Shown here one piece after another: positions 52,056-64,000 of a stretch of DNA of 64,000 bases. The DNA lies in contig NC_045707.1 in assembly GCF_009834535.1 (NCBI RefSeq), positions 61,692,001-61,756,000 of the forward strand, in the 5' to 3' direction. Origin of the DNA: Camelus ferus. Its lineage: Eukaryota. Within the stretch, counting starts at the first letter, position 1; each line of letters begins with the position of its first letter. The notes beneath the pieces were generated by a model, which was not told the DNA's origin, did no database searches, and saw only the letters and a list, made by a program, of their open reading frames with translations. A program made the position numbers and the translations under genes.

Positions 52056-53985
52056 TAGATTGTAGCTTTTCTAAGTGAATTCCAAGTAGAAGTCTGCATA
52101 GCTGGTCTATAGAGTTTTCCTGCTTTGGTGGGAATGCCCTTTGCTGATGGTGCCAATATTTTCTTTTGCCTGTTTGTTGCTTTTGTGCCGATGTTTCTTT
52201 GTTTCCCTGCACGATGTGATGGTATGATATTGGACATTTTCCATCCTTCATCTTCAAAACGTCGATCTCCATATCATTTGGCTTGGTGTGTCTGTCTCAG
52301 TTTTATCTCTGCCACCTGGGGCCATGCATTTTGACCTAATTCACAGGAAGCGGTTATTTAAGAAGAATGGATGTTTACATTTCAAAGGTCTAAACACCAA
52401 AGAGGTGATATGGAAGATACCCCTTTTGAAAGTAAAGGTCTTTGTCAGTAATATTATGGAGAATGGATTAAGTTTTCATGGTTCTTAAATCAGTTAGGGA
52501 CTTCAGTATAATCATTTTGGATTGGGTAAGGCGCTACGTAATAACCAGCCCAGCATTGTTCTGGGAATCGATGACCGGCTTTGGCTAATCAATGGCTAAG
52601 TTGAGTTTCTCTGTGGATTTCCTTTTTCACGCACTCTGCCCTGGGCTCTATTCCCTCCCAGAACTGAATTTTGGATGATGTACTTCTTGAAATTAGCTGA
52701 ATCCTTGCTCCTCTCTATTGCCGTAGTTAACCTAGAGTTGATTGTAAATTGACGTTCAGTTTGCCAAAGCTGATAGTCAACGGTGTCATCTCTAGTCTAT
52801 TACGTCTGGTACAGATGAAATATTTTGTAGATCACACAATTTAATTAGCTTTTTTTGTCCCCCAGGAAAAGTTAAGATCTATGCATTCCCTGTAACTTAG
52901 ATAGGTTTAATCTTTTCTTGTAGAAAAATGACTTACGACAATCCCATGTGAATAATTTTGCATAAATTTAGAAATAACACCGATTAAGCAAAGCAAACAA
53001 GCCAGCAAACAAACAAGGCAAATGACATTTTCATAGGTTCCCTCTGTAGCTTCTAGAGGTTATTATGGGATAAATGGAAAAGAAAGTGGCTGGAACTGAA
53101 TTGCTTTTTTAAAGATTTTGTTCACAGGCCTGCTGTTTATTTAGTAGATTGTTTTGCAAATTCTGTCAGTATGCATCTGAGAACTATTATGCTGGGAATG
53201 TCGTTACGGAAGATGGAGTTTAGGTGATGCTGCTGCTCTCATGAGACCGCTCTCAGAGGACCTGTGCAGAGCCCTTATGAAGGGCATAGAAAAGGAGGAC
53301 ACGCTCTCAGCCTGGGTAAACACTGTTACAAGCTAGTATCCAGGCTGATAGGATGTGAAAGTCTTTGGCAAGCATGTAGAAGTAAATAGCTGTTTGAAGG
53401 ACATCTGGAGAAGTTGATCTTGTTCCATTGTTATGCTCAAAGATACTGTGTCACTTCAAAACAGGGAAACTGGACACAAAATTTGTGAGCTTTGGTGTTA
53501 CTTTGATTACGATTTGGGGGGGGGGGAATTACTTTCAGGAAATAGTAAAAGCATATGTCTTAAAGAGGTGCAAAGACAAATATTTACTTAGAAGCTTTTC
53601 CTTCAGTGGGCTCCACTTTCAAAGATGCTTATTCACAGTAGCTAGATAGCATGTCAAAAACCGAAGGGTAAGAATTCATGTGCTGCTTCATTATCACACT
53701 TAATTTGGATTCATATTAATTTCGTAGAAGTCAGCGTCCTCTTAGATAAAATCTAAAATGAAATTAAAATTTCCCAAACAACATTTCTCTCCTTTTCAAT
53801 ACATTTCCATTTTGCTCCATGTAAATCTTTGTAACGAGTGATGAAAATTCTTTTCCTTACCACGATGTGATTATTGTTTTTTTGTATATCGAGTGACTGC
53901 ACTATGGACATTCGGCGTAAACTCTTTGTCCTGTCTCATTTCCTCATCCATCACTGTCTGTCAATGGGCCTGGTGCTGTGACCAG

Positions 53986-54150
53986 TGTTATCAGGTGACG
54001 ACAGTACAGGAAGTGAGCCGCCATTATCACCCCCAGAAAGGCTCCCCATCAGACGCTCTAGTACCAGAGACAAAAACAGAAGAGGGGAAACATGTTTCCT
54101 ACTGACGACAGGTGATTACACGTGTGCTTCTGATGGAGGGATCAGGAAAG
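53986..54150 (+). CDS. KCNC2: KCNC2 165-nt coding exon, cytoplasmic C-terminus with the RRSS PKA consensus
   Basis: accag|TGTTATCA acceptor and AAG|gtaggc donor. In frame with the upstream exon (G+TG=V): [55 protein letters not shown]. Confidence 0.97.
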
Positions 54151-57100
54151 GTAGGCGTGCATTTAATCAGATCCTAACAGATGACTTAACAGTTAAGTGC
54201 TGCAAATCTATGCAGTGATGTAAAGTGCTCTTCCGTCATTTTCTACAAACAACTGCACGTAGTGCTGGCTCCTCCTCATCGCATCTTCCCTCATGAACAT
54301 GTAAAATACGTATCATAACAGCCTACTTGACTGTCACATCTGGAAGGCCTTTCACCCTTCTTTCTTATTTTATTTTTCATGTGTCTATAGACAGAATTAG
54401 AAAGAAGTATTTAGAAGCTGCCACTAATCTATTTTAATATATATGTACTCAGCCATCTGTGGAAATTATCTTTTTTCCTACAATGCATTAAACTCATTAA
54501 TTGGCTCTCTGCATATAATTGATAAGTAATTGATAATTATAAAACAATAGTAAGGCTTCTCCCCCGCCCCCAAAGTAAAGCATTAAACATACTGTCAGTC
54601 TCTTATCCGGTATTTGGGCAATTTTTCCCTAGTGGTTTGTCTGACTGTCAGAAGGTTGCAGGGGTACAAGATCCTCAGCCAGGCAGAGCAGTATATCCCG
54701 TCATGGCTACTTATGTATTTGCAAAATGTACTTAGAGAATTTCTCTTCAGAGCAATAATAATTTTAAGTCTATTACTATTTTTTAACTGACACTGAACGG
54801 TCTCTGGCACATAGAAGACACTCAATACATATTTGCTGAGTGAATAAACTGTACTGGGCAGTCATCCTGGATAAGGATTATAGCCGGATACCGACTCCAC
54901 TCCATCCCAGGGTTTCGTTTTCCTGGGTTGTGCCACCGTCTGTGACTGTTCCTTAGGTGCTATTATTTTGGCTTTGTTTTCGTTTTCATAAACCATACCG
55001 ATCTGACAATTGGACCCTTTCTCTCCTCCTTAAGAAATAGTTTTGTGACCCTTGTGACCCGCCCTTGTCAGAGTGCTGGTATTTTCTTAGATTACCTCGG
55101 TAATTCCAGTTGCTTTAGTGCTGTGGTTATTTTTCTCTCTTTTTTGACAGAATAGGGAAAGAACTAGGTATAATAATTTCCTATGCAGTTGTCTGCATTT
55201 GAATGAAAAGCCTCTCCAAAACTCTCATATTAGTGTGTTTTTAAAATATTGTGCTTATTTGCTATTCATTGCAGTTTCTCCCTATTGAATAGTTTACCAT
55301 CTTAAGCCTCAAATATTTATTTTGTGTTGCCTACTTTCTTTGAAATAGCTCATTATTGCCCATGTTGTGCTTCTCTTTCATTTCTTCTGAGCACTTTATA
55401 TTGTTCTATCTGTTTCCATTCCTGTGGGTCTCAAAAGAGAAGACAAAGGCCTCTTCTCTTGTTTCTTTAATATATAATATTTTAAATACTTCTTCATTCC
55501 AAGTCCTTGCGTGCTCTGCATCTGTCTCTTGTACCGAAATGTATTCCAATTATCTGAATAGGTTTATTTGGTTGTTTTCTATTTTACATTTAAATACTCT
55601 GTGTCAACAATTTTTAATTTTATAAAGATAACTAATATCCTCGCATAGTACTTCAGCAAAATATATGTACATATTTTAAATAATAATATCTAACAATATT
55701 TTATATAGAACATATTTTAAGTGCATTGTAATCTTAACTCACTATATATGTATATACATATACATCCATATGTGTATATATGTATTTTTATGTAATATGT
55801 GGTTAAATTTATATATATTTTGCGCATCATTCAAAAAAGTATCACATGCAATATTTATACTAAGTTTACATGTTTAAGAATCTAGCTAGAATTCTTCCAT
55901 GTTAGACAGTGTTTTGAACTTTAAACTGTCGAAGGGGGTCACATATGAAAAAAGACTGCAGATTATAAAGCACTATGTAAATAGAGAGTTTTTCTGTAAA
56001 ATGGCAAAGTTTCGTGAGCAAAGCAATTAATAAGATATTTAGTTTACATGACAAAATTATGCAATCCTTTTTCAAAAATACAAATTCCCTCTATCGTCAG
56101 AGCATCTTCAAAAACTCATCTGTGAACTTTTTATTCTTGTCATTTTTCACCATAATCCATTTTTCTTTTTCATTGTGGCTTAACTTTCACAAATTTGTGT
56201 TTTTTCCCTAAGTCTGGTAACTTTTCTGGCTAATTTCACTTAGTCTTCTCAGTGTCTAATCTTGTCATGTCTATCAGAAATTCATTCATTTCTTCTCCTA
56301 TTTCCTTGATGTAGATTACAGATGTCTCTTATTACTCCTAGTCAGATATTTATTTCCTACATGATTTCTTCATTACCTTTCACACTGGTCTCTATATGAT
56401 CTGATTTTAGAGTTATGAAAATTCTCCTCTACATAGATGAAAAAAAGACTGGATTTATATTGGATTCTTTTTGTATCAACAAATATAAATATAGTTGGGC
56501 ATACATTAAGAAAACATATGGATTCCCTAAAAAGAGTGAATTCCTGGAGGTGAGAACCTGTGTTTTTATTTATACAGTAGTTTTAGGAAATCATATTACA
56601 TAAACACAAACATACCCACTGACAGTACATACATAGGTAGTTTCAATATTGTCCCAAGCAAATGTGTGCTCTTAAAAACTGTGTAAAATGTACACCATGT
56701 GTTTAGATGTTAGTTCAAATTAGGTTCAGTTTTGTTACCATGAATTATATTTTCAGTGTGTCATTCCATTTAGTGAAAGTTTAATTAGGCAAAATTTTGT
56801 CAAATTTTCTAGTCATAAAAGAACCTGCAGAATAAAGAAAGAACATATTTATATAGCTAACTTATAATTTTACTAATTAAATACTTGTTACTGAATTATA
56901 AGGAAAGCCTTCTCAATGGTTATTAAAATAAAAGGACCTATAAACAGAATGAATAATATATTAATAACTATAATTCAGAAAAGCAAACATTTAGAATGGC
57001 AACCAAGATTTACATGCAAGTAGCATGATTAATATAAATTGACAAACAGATTTTTACCTTTTGGAGGTCCTGTGGGGAATGTGGCAATTGTAGGGAACAA

Positions 57101-57835
57101 GTAAATTTTTATAAGGATGATTTGTAGGTATTAGCAACCTCTTTGGTTCGTGCATATTCACTAGTTTGCTTTTAATCAAAGCCAGTCAGTGTTTATAGTC
57201 TAGTTTACATTTTTAGGTTACACAGTCAGCTTGGATAAATGATTCTTTCTACAATTTCCAAAGTTACATTTCCAGCTGCATTACAGAAGAGCAGTGGTAG
57301 CCAGCCCTCCAGGCACATGAAAGTCTCTATGTAAGGATAAACGACCTGCAATTCTTTTTTAATTATTTAAGACATTCTCCCATTAACTATTCCATCATCC
57401 ATCAGAGTAGAATGAAATACATACCACCTCCCATTCTTTATTGCTCAAAATACTAACAAAACATCAGCAGATAATTCTTCCATTTGCAGAAATTTTGTCC
57501 TAGAGAACTTTACTATAGTTTACAGATGGCATAAATTTCCACCTACCAAATCTCAAAGAAGACATCTAGTCTGCTGAAAGTGTGTGTGTGTATATAGAGA
57601 GGGGGTCCTGTTACCCTACAGTAGGACTATTATTGCAATCTGTATCCTTATCTGTCTCAAATGCTCACAAATCAAATCATCACTAAGTCACTTAAACCAC
57701 TTCTCCCCTTCCAGTGAGGGGAGAAGAGAGAGCATTGGCTTCTTCCCCAGGAGTTCCATAAAAATAGAGAAGTAAAGAAGTAGCTGGGAGGGACAAGAGG
57801 AAACACAAAAGACCCATTTTCTTTTTTATGTACAG

Positions 57836-57945
57836 TCATCAAGCACGCTGAGGGCTCTCAGAGCCCAAGGAGTGTGCAGTAGTCTAAGGAGACAAAAATT
57901 GTATCTACTTGCTCGATTTTGGCTGCCCTACAGAGACTTTCATCT
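57836..57945 (+). pseudogene. Frame-disrupted counterpart of a fourth KCNC2 terminal exon (rodent ASTLEP...FGCPT-type tail)
   Basis: Preceded by the pyrimidine tract ttttcttttttatgtacag. It encodes STL (57842-57850), then EPKE (from 57861) after a frameshift, then a TAA stop, then NCIYLLDFGCPTETF (from 57897). AATAAA at 58112-58117. Homology is judged from memory of the rodent isoform. Confidence 0.55.
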
Positions 57946-58965
57946 TGCTGATCTGCAACACTGTTTCAGTGGGGCTATCAAAACATTTATGTGCTAAGCT
58001 GTATAATATGACTGCTTTTCCAGTCACTAGTTGCCCTGCTTATGAGACAATTTTATGTCTAACTTTACAATATGTGCTCCCTACCTCATTTAACTGCCTC
58101 TAATCTTTTCTAATAAAAAATACCACAATATATGAATCCTTCCAAAGGTGACCTCGATGGGGTGTTGCTTGAGTAGCTAAAGCAATGGGTTCAGTCTTGT
58201 GGGAAAGACCTTTCATTCTGTAAGTCCCTGACTATCATGAACAAAAGGTTAGAATGCAAGATAATAGAAAGGAAAGGTGAATTAAGATCAATTTGTTCTC
58301 AGTTCTTGGCAGGGGAGAGTCAGCTGAAAATATATAATCAAAATCAGACTTTAATTTACTGAAATTATGACTCAATTTATACTCATTGATTTTCTTTTTT
58401 TCTTTTTTTTTTTAATCCAAGGGATTAGAAATGGGCATTCATTCTGCATCATCTAGATAATGGCATCAAATGTCATTATTTAGGAATCATCCTTTTAATC
58501 CCATAAAGCTGGAAGATTACATATGCTGGAAAAAGGGTTGTCCACTTAAGACTGCTTTATTAGCTTAGCAAATAATAAAAAAATGAAAAGTGAAGAAGTA
58601 GCTTTTTTTTTTTTAGGAACATATTCTGAAATTTAAAAATATTAGCCAAATTTATATCTTACTTAAATTGCTTTGCCTAATTCTTAAAAGATTCCTAATA
58701 TTGTATATGCTGAAATTACATTAATACAAACTATGATCTGGGAAAGAATAGATTTTGAAGTATTGCAGCAGTAATTTGTGTTAGCTGGTTAAATCTTTCG
58801 GGAATGACAGCTACAGTGAGCTTCATTTTTTTTTTTTTTTTTTTTTTAGAGTTGTAAATTGTCTCCATATGGAACTCTTTGTAAACAAATTCTCCTTTGA
58901 GTTCAAAAATAGCACTTTTGATTACCCTGCATGATATTGTTTGTCTGTGTCTATTTTCTGGTTGA

Positions 58966-59136
<171 letters not shown>

Positions 59137-59866
59137 ACCCAACTGCATCAGTCGGCTAAATTGTCTTAATTCAAGCACTGTTTGCCCCATAATGGAAATA
59201 ATTAAACGTAGAGTTACGCCAGGTTCCATTCATACAGTATAAATCCTGCATGATAATACTATCTGAAGTCCGAAATGCCATCCGGATAGCTCACGAATCT
59301 TATCCTGGCTTTAATGATTATCTAAAATAGCGCTACACTTCTCCAGAATTAATTGCCCTGTTCTCCTTTTGCAATAAAATGATAGCGTCAGATATTGGCC
59401 AGCACCCTAGTAAATAAACTTATCTTCAGGGAGATAACTTTAAACCAGTGTGCTTCCAAATGCCAACCACTTCATGGGAACTTCATTTCTTGTGACTCTT
59501 TAAACCATTCGGAAGATGTCTGGGATTCTATTCTGATTGCACACAACATGACTCTGGTCAGCTCATTTGCATGGACCATCTTGTCTCCATCACCTGAAAG
59601 CAGTGTCGCAGAGCTCGGGACCGTGGATGGCCCGGGATGGGTGTCCTTGCATCGAACCATCCTGCTGATGTGAAAGCACTGATTGACTGTTCTGCATGTT
59701 GGATTGTGGGGCAGGGAGGGCGAGTTTCTCCTTGACAATTTTTTTTTCCTTATTCTTTGAAAGAAATATTTGTTTTAAATAGCTTAACTTCTTGATTGAT
59801 ATACTTTTTTTTTTTTTCCAAAATGCTGTATTGGAGTTCTGAATGTCTCTGGTTGTTTGCACACAG

Positions 59867-59928
59867 ATAACTGCAAAGAGGTTGTCATTACTGGTTACAC
59901 GCAAGCCGAGGCCAGATCTCTTACTTAA
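59867..59928 (+). CDS. KCNC2: KCNC2 alternative terminal coding segment, Kv3.2a-type tail
   Basis: Acceptor ttgtttgcacacag|ATAACT. A phase-1 join gives DNCKEVVITGYTQAEARSLT, stop TAA at 59926-59928. Confidence 0.93.
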
Positions 59929-61040
59929 TGGCTTGGGGAAGGCACAAAACATGAGAGAAAGGTAACTGCCAGCCAGGCTTGCATTGTTTAGCTAGGAATT
60001 GCTGCTTGTAGGGACTAGACTCTTTTTTTTTTTTTTTTTTTTTTAATACCAGGATTTGTCATCATTTTCAGAGGCAGAGTGCCAAATAGCACTCTAAAAC
60101 TCTTGTCTTTTTTTTAACCCCCTTCCTTTATTTTTATTTACTATTATTTTTGCAAACAACAAAGAGAGTTGTTGTTCACAGGAAGCTTTCTTGACCAGCC
60201 TTAAATTTCTGACTCACAAAATTGATTGGATTTTCAGGCAGTGTTTAATTAGGTGCTTTGTCCTGTATGTTGTTCTGTCCGTCTGTCCTAGCTCCCTGTC
60301 TTAAGTGTATATGCCATCTGTCTCCATGAAGCACAGAAATGCCTTGATAAGGTGTTCATGATTTTAAGACTGGGTCTTCTCCCCTGCCCCTTGCCTTCTT
60401 TGCTACTGGGAACAGCGTCTCTGCTTTGTGTGTACACTAACGATGCCCCGTAGACTACCTGAGTTAATCAGTACTGTGAATCGTTTTGATGAGCAGGATT
60501 TGAGCAGCAGCTTCACCATTGCCTTTGGTTGCCTGCTGCAGTGCCAGTTTCTACTACCTAGCAACCAGAATCCATTACCACACTCCAGTGAAACCCCTAG
60601 GGTGTCTTACTCAGTCCAAGTGGAAGATATTCTGTTTACACATCCCTACAAATGCAACAGCAGTAGTGTGTCTGTTGTATCGGGCATGAGAGGGAAGAAA
60701 AATGCCACGCCATAAACTGAGAGATAATCAATATTCCTAAGGCATTTAGGATCCTTGAGACTGCTAATTCCTAATTCTCATGGTTATTTTTTTTGTTAGG
60801 AAGACAATTGTCACTTCTATGATTGGCCACATAACATGTACTGTTTTATATCCCCGAGTCCTACAGCATGACCTGCATGTCAGAGATCTTGTACAGCAAT
60901 GTATTTACCCAGACGTAAACATCTGATATTTAGAGATTCAGTGATCTTTTGATAATACCACACATAGAAAGTTATAATTACACACAGCTTTCTGGTAAAG
61001 GAATTAATATACTGTCTGGTACTGCTGTTATTGACTGCAG

Positions 61041-61150
61041 TGTTGTACAGAATTTATCATGGATTTTTGACTGCTGAAAAAGGGACAGTGGAATTTAGCC
61101 ATACCAAGGACTGTGCTGGAAACAGACTTCTGCTGCTGAACGTGCCCTGA
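61041..61150 (+). CDS. KCNC2: KCNC2 alternative terminal coding segment, VLYRIYHG-type tail
   Basis: Acceptor gttattgactgcag|TGTTGT. A phase-1 join gives VLYRIYHGFLTAEKGTVEFSHTKDCAGNRLLLLNVP, stop TGA at 61148-61150. This matches a described mammalian Kv3.2 tail as I recall it; isoform letter naming differs between species. Confidence 0.88.
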
Positions 61151-61547
61151 GGTAACCAGGTTGCACTTGGAAGAGATCTCCGCATCTTCGTGAGGCACTT
61201 AAAGCTAATTATCAAAGAACTGTGGCTGGAACTCATTTGGTGCTCGCCATATGAGTGGTCTGCTCATGGACTGGCCAGTGTCCATGAAACAATTGTAAAT
61301 ACCAACGTGTGTGCATGGGTCAACAGCTTTGGCCATCTCACACCAAAGCAAGCCAAATTCATGATCCACATCTCTGGAGCTTCAAGTAAGGCACACACCT
61401 GTGTGAATTACCCCTCATGGACCCGCAGTAGATTGTGCTGTGAATCATACAAAGCAGTGATAATTGGTGTCATATAGATCTGTCTTAATTTCCCTTATCT
61501 CTCCTTCGTTGGTTGGATCCATGAACACTGACCTGTACCGTTTTTTA

Positions 61548-61553
61548 AATAAA
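61548..61553 (+). promoter_or_regulatory. Candidate polyadenylation signal
   Basis: AATAAA ~400 nt after the last alternative stop, with TGTA upstream (61535) and GT/T-rich sequence downstream (tattatgttgtg). Confidence 0.45.
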
Positions 61554-62107
61554 CTGCTTATACTATGCGCTTGTCATATTATGTTGTGAAATTTTCAGTG
61601 CCTACTTATTAAAGCTGACCTATTTTTAGTCCCACATTTGTTTAGTTCTGAACAATTGTCATGACTTAAAAAAACTCACTAATATTATTCATAGTTTAAG
61701 TCTTTTTGTCATTGTTACCTCAATTATAAATATTACAAAAAATAAAATTCTGGCAGTGAGAGTATTTTTTTATTAAATGATCAAGGAATAATGTCCGTAT
61801 ATAGTAGAATATTAATCAAATTATATCCTAAAATGTATATTTTGCATAAAAGAGATATTCTTCAATTACTTTTTTGTGAGTTTTGTGGCAAATGAAGCTT
61901 GTACTTGTCTTTAAAACTGTTGCAGTTAAAACTGTGTAAAAATTCCTCATCTTGCTTAATCAATATTTCCAGAATCTATTAATTCCCCTGGGATTCTGAA
62001 TATAATAATATAACCCAGTTATGAACCCCTGTACCGTGGACCTTTTGTGAACATCTTGAGGTGCATGCACAACCTTGGTGATAACCAATGGAAATGTAAC
62101 TAACTGA

Positions 62108-62120
62108 AATAAAGAATAAA
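62108..62120 (+). promoter_or_regulatory. Candidate distal tandem polyadenylation signals
   Basis: Two AATAAA in tandem (aataaagaataaa) with TGTA upstream and T-rich sequence downstream. Confidence 0.4.
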
Positions 62121-63696
62121 AGGCCAATAAGCTGGGGATAAACTCGAATCTGCTCTGATTAAATTATTCATATTCTTTCCTTGACTCTTCTCTTTATTTT
62201 GGAGTTTTCAACAGGCTTTACTATTTTTATGCATTAGGATACCAAACCAGACACTCATACATAATAAAGAATTTGAGATGAAATGATGTGTAAACATACA
62301 TAGCTCACATTTTCATTCAAGTCGTAGGTCTGTATTCCTCTTCTAAGTGCTTTGCCTGCCTGAATTTCTCTTCTAATTTCTGAGATGGCAAAATTATTAA
62401 TTATTATGGGATTCAATTTTCTTATGGCATTTTATGAGTAATACTGAACTTACACTTTCCAACTTCATCACCACAGCAGTTCTGGAGGTAATTTTTCTTG
62501 TTTTTTCATTGTATTGGTGATGAAGTTAAAGATCACAGAAGCAAAACTGTCCACTTATATTTTTGTCATGGATAATCTCCCCTGCTGTAGTTTCTTATGG
62601 TTTAAATATTTACTGACCCTCTTGCTGTAAATGGTTTATCTTCTCAAAATGGCTTCTGTTCCACTTTTGGGTAATAGACCTCTGTTTCAGCAGCATACCA
62701 CATGTATAGCTGGCACCCCACTTACATTGAGGGGTTGTGTGCAAATTTACCCTGTAAATTCTATGAAACCAACAGGATTAGAGGAAAGATAATATGAAAA
62801 GGGAAATAAAGCTGGCGAATCCAACACTTTCCCATTACGCATCAACAGAATCTTTTTCTAGGTCTGAAAGTGCTCAGTGTTGATTATTAAGAGACTGTTA
62901 AGAAACAGATTCAGAAAGGGAAATCTGTCTAAATATAATTACTGATAAAATGTTTTTAACAGTGGTGTCAGGATATACTGTAAAAAGGAAAAACGTGTAG
63001 GAAGGGGGAAGAATGAATTTTAATAGACGATAACTGCCATCAAATTTTGATTAAAAAATTAAGATTAAATAGTAATGAATGAAAAGTGAAGACATTCATT
63101 TTATCTTTGAAAGAAATCACAAGACAGACTAATGGAATAGCGATAGTGAACTTAACTAGGAAAGAGACAATGAATATATTAAAAGGCTATAATACAAAGC
63201 AGGGACTTTGAAGGATTTATAATGTGTTTGAAGACATTTAGAGCTAAATGAATCTGTTAAAAAATTGAAATCCCTAGTTTATGATGATTAAACTTTCCTT
63301 TAAAAATTCAGGAAAAAAATTTTCCTTAAGAAATTTTCCTTACTGAAAAAAAAATTGTCTTCCTTCCTTTGTTTCTCCTGTCAAAATTTAATTGTTTAAA
63401 AACTTGAACATTATTAAACTATAGATTTACACAAACTTTCTGTAATATGGATGCAGTATTATTAATATATTGTTCTTAAACCTTATAATTTCCTGTTCTC
63501 CCCTAAAATAACTGGTTTTGAGGATATGATATTTTTCATTATTGTCTAAAAATTAAATAATTTAACTAAATTAGTATCATTTATTTATCATACTATCATG
63601 TCAAAGTAACAGACCACTGAATGTGCATTTTGAATATTACAATATTCAAAGACTATGAATTAATTCTCCATTGAGAATCCCAGGTAACCTAACACA

Positions 63697-64000
63697 ATTT
63701 TTTTTAAATGAACTATATTTTAAAGCAGTTTGAGATTCATAGCAAAATTAAACAAAAAGTACAGAGTTCCCATTACCCCCTGCCAGATACATGTACAACA
63801 TCCCTCACTATCTGCTTCCAGCACCAGCGTTACATTTGTTACAATCGATAAACTTGTGTTGCTACCTCATTATCCAAAATCCAGAGTTTATGTTAGAGTT
63901 TATTCTTGGTGTTGTACATCTGTGGAACTTGATAAGTTGTATAATGACATGCATCAATTATCGTAGTATCATACAGCATAGTTCCACTGCCCTAAAAATC
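63697..64000 (-). mobile_element. L1MC-like 3' end, running out of the window
   Basis: T-rich tail, then gcagtttgagattcatagcaaaatt...gtacagagttccca...agtatcatacagcatagttccactgccctaaaaatc. Confidence 0.75.

Larger units (their letters stand above)
59137..62140 (+). other. KCNC2: KCNC2 long 3' UTR region with nested alternative acceptors; 3' end approximate
   Basis: Stretch with no recognisable interspersed repeats after the first stop codon. AATAAA hexamers at 59373, 59413, 61548, 61741, 62108 and 62115. Confidence 0.65.

Noticed and set aside
53985..54218. 77-aa ORF with a GRRAFNQ...MQ tail
   Set aside because: This is the 165-nt exon plus intron read-through past the donor at 54150; nothing in the sequence supports a retained-intron isoform.
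61148..61157. Donor-like GAG|GTAACC immediately after the last alternative stop codon
   Set aside because: Weak +5/+6 positions, and no downstream exon is identifiable in the window.

Overview
Mammalian genomic DNA, AT-rich and rich in repeats. It contains the 3' half of the voltage-gated potassium channel gene KCNC2 (Kv3.2, Shaw family) on the + strand. Positions 1-50972 are the distal ~51 kb of a very long intron. The S1-S6 exon lies at 50973-51900 and a 165-nt phase-1/phase-1 exon at 53986-54150. Next comes a set of alternative terminal coding segments: GYEKS...PSIL (59000-59136), DNCKE...RSLT (59867-59928) and VLYRI...LNVP (61041-61150). A frame-disrupted fourth segment at about 57836-57945 resembles the rodent ASTLEP...FGCPT tail as I recall it. 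The N-terminal T1-domain exon and the promoter lie upstream of the window. A tRNA-Ala-derived SINE and the young L1 3' ends suggest a camelid genome (inference). The intron holds L1, L2, MIR, MaLR/ERVL/ERV1 solo LTRs, hAT and Tigger fossils and microsatellites; repeat family names are from recall and need RepeatMasker confirmation. I found no evidence of a wholly new biological system. The most interesting signals are the splicing architecture of the Kv3.2 C-terminus (a YCAY cluster with a long AG-exclusion zone, clustered TGCATG motifs, a decayed terminal exon) and several retrotransposon insertion oddities (a 33-bp target-site duplication, a close inverted L1 pair, an L1 nested in an LTR).
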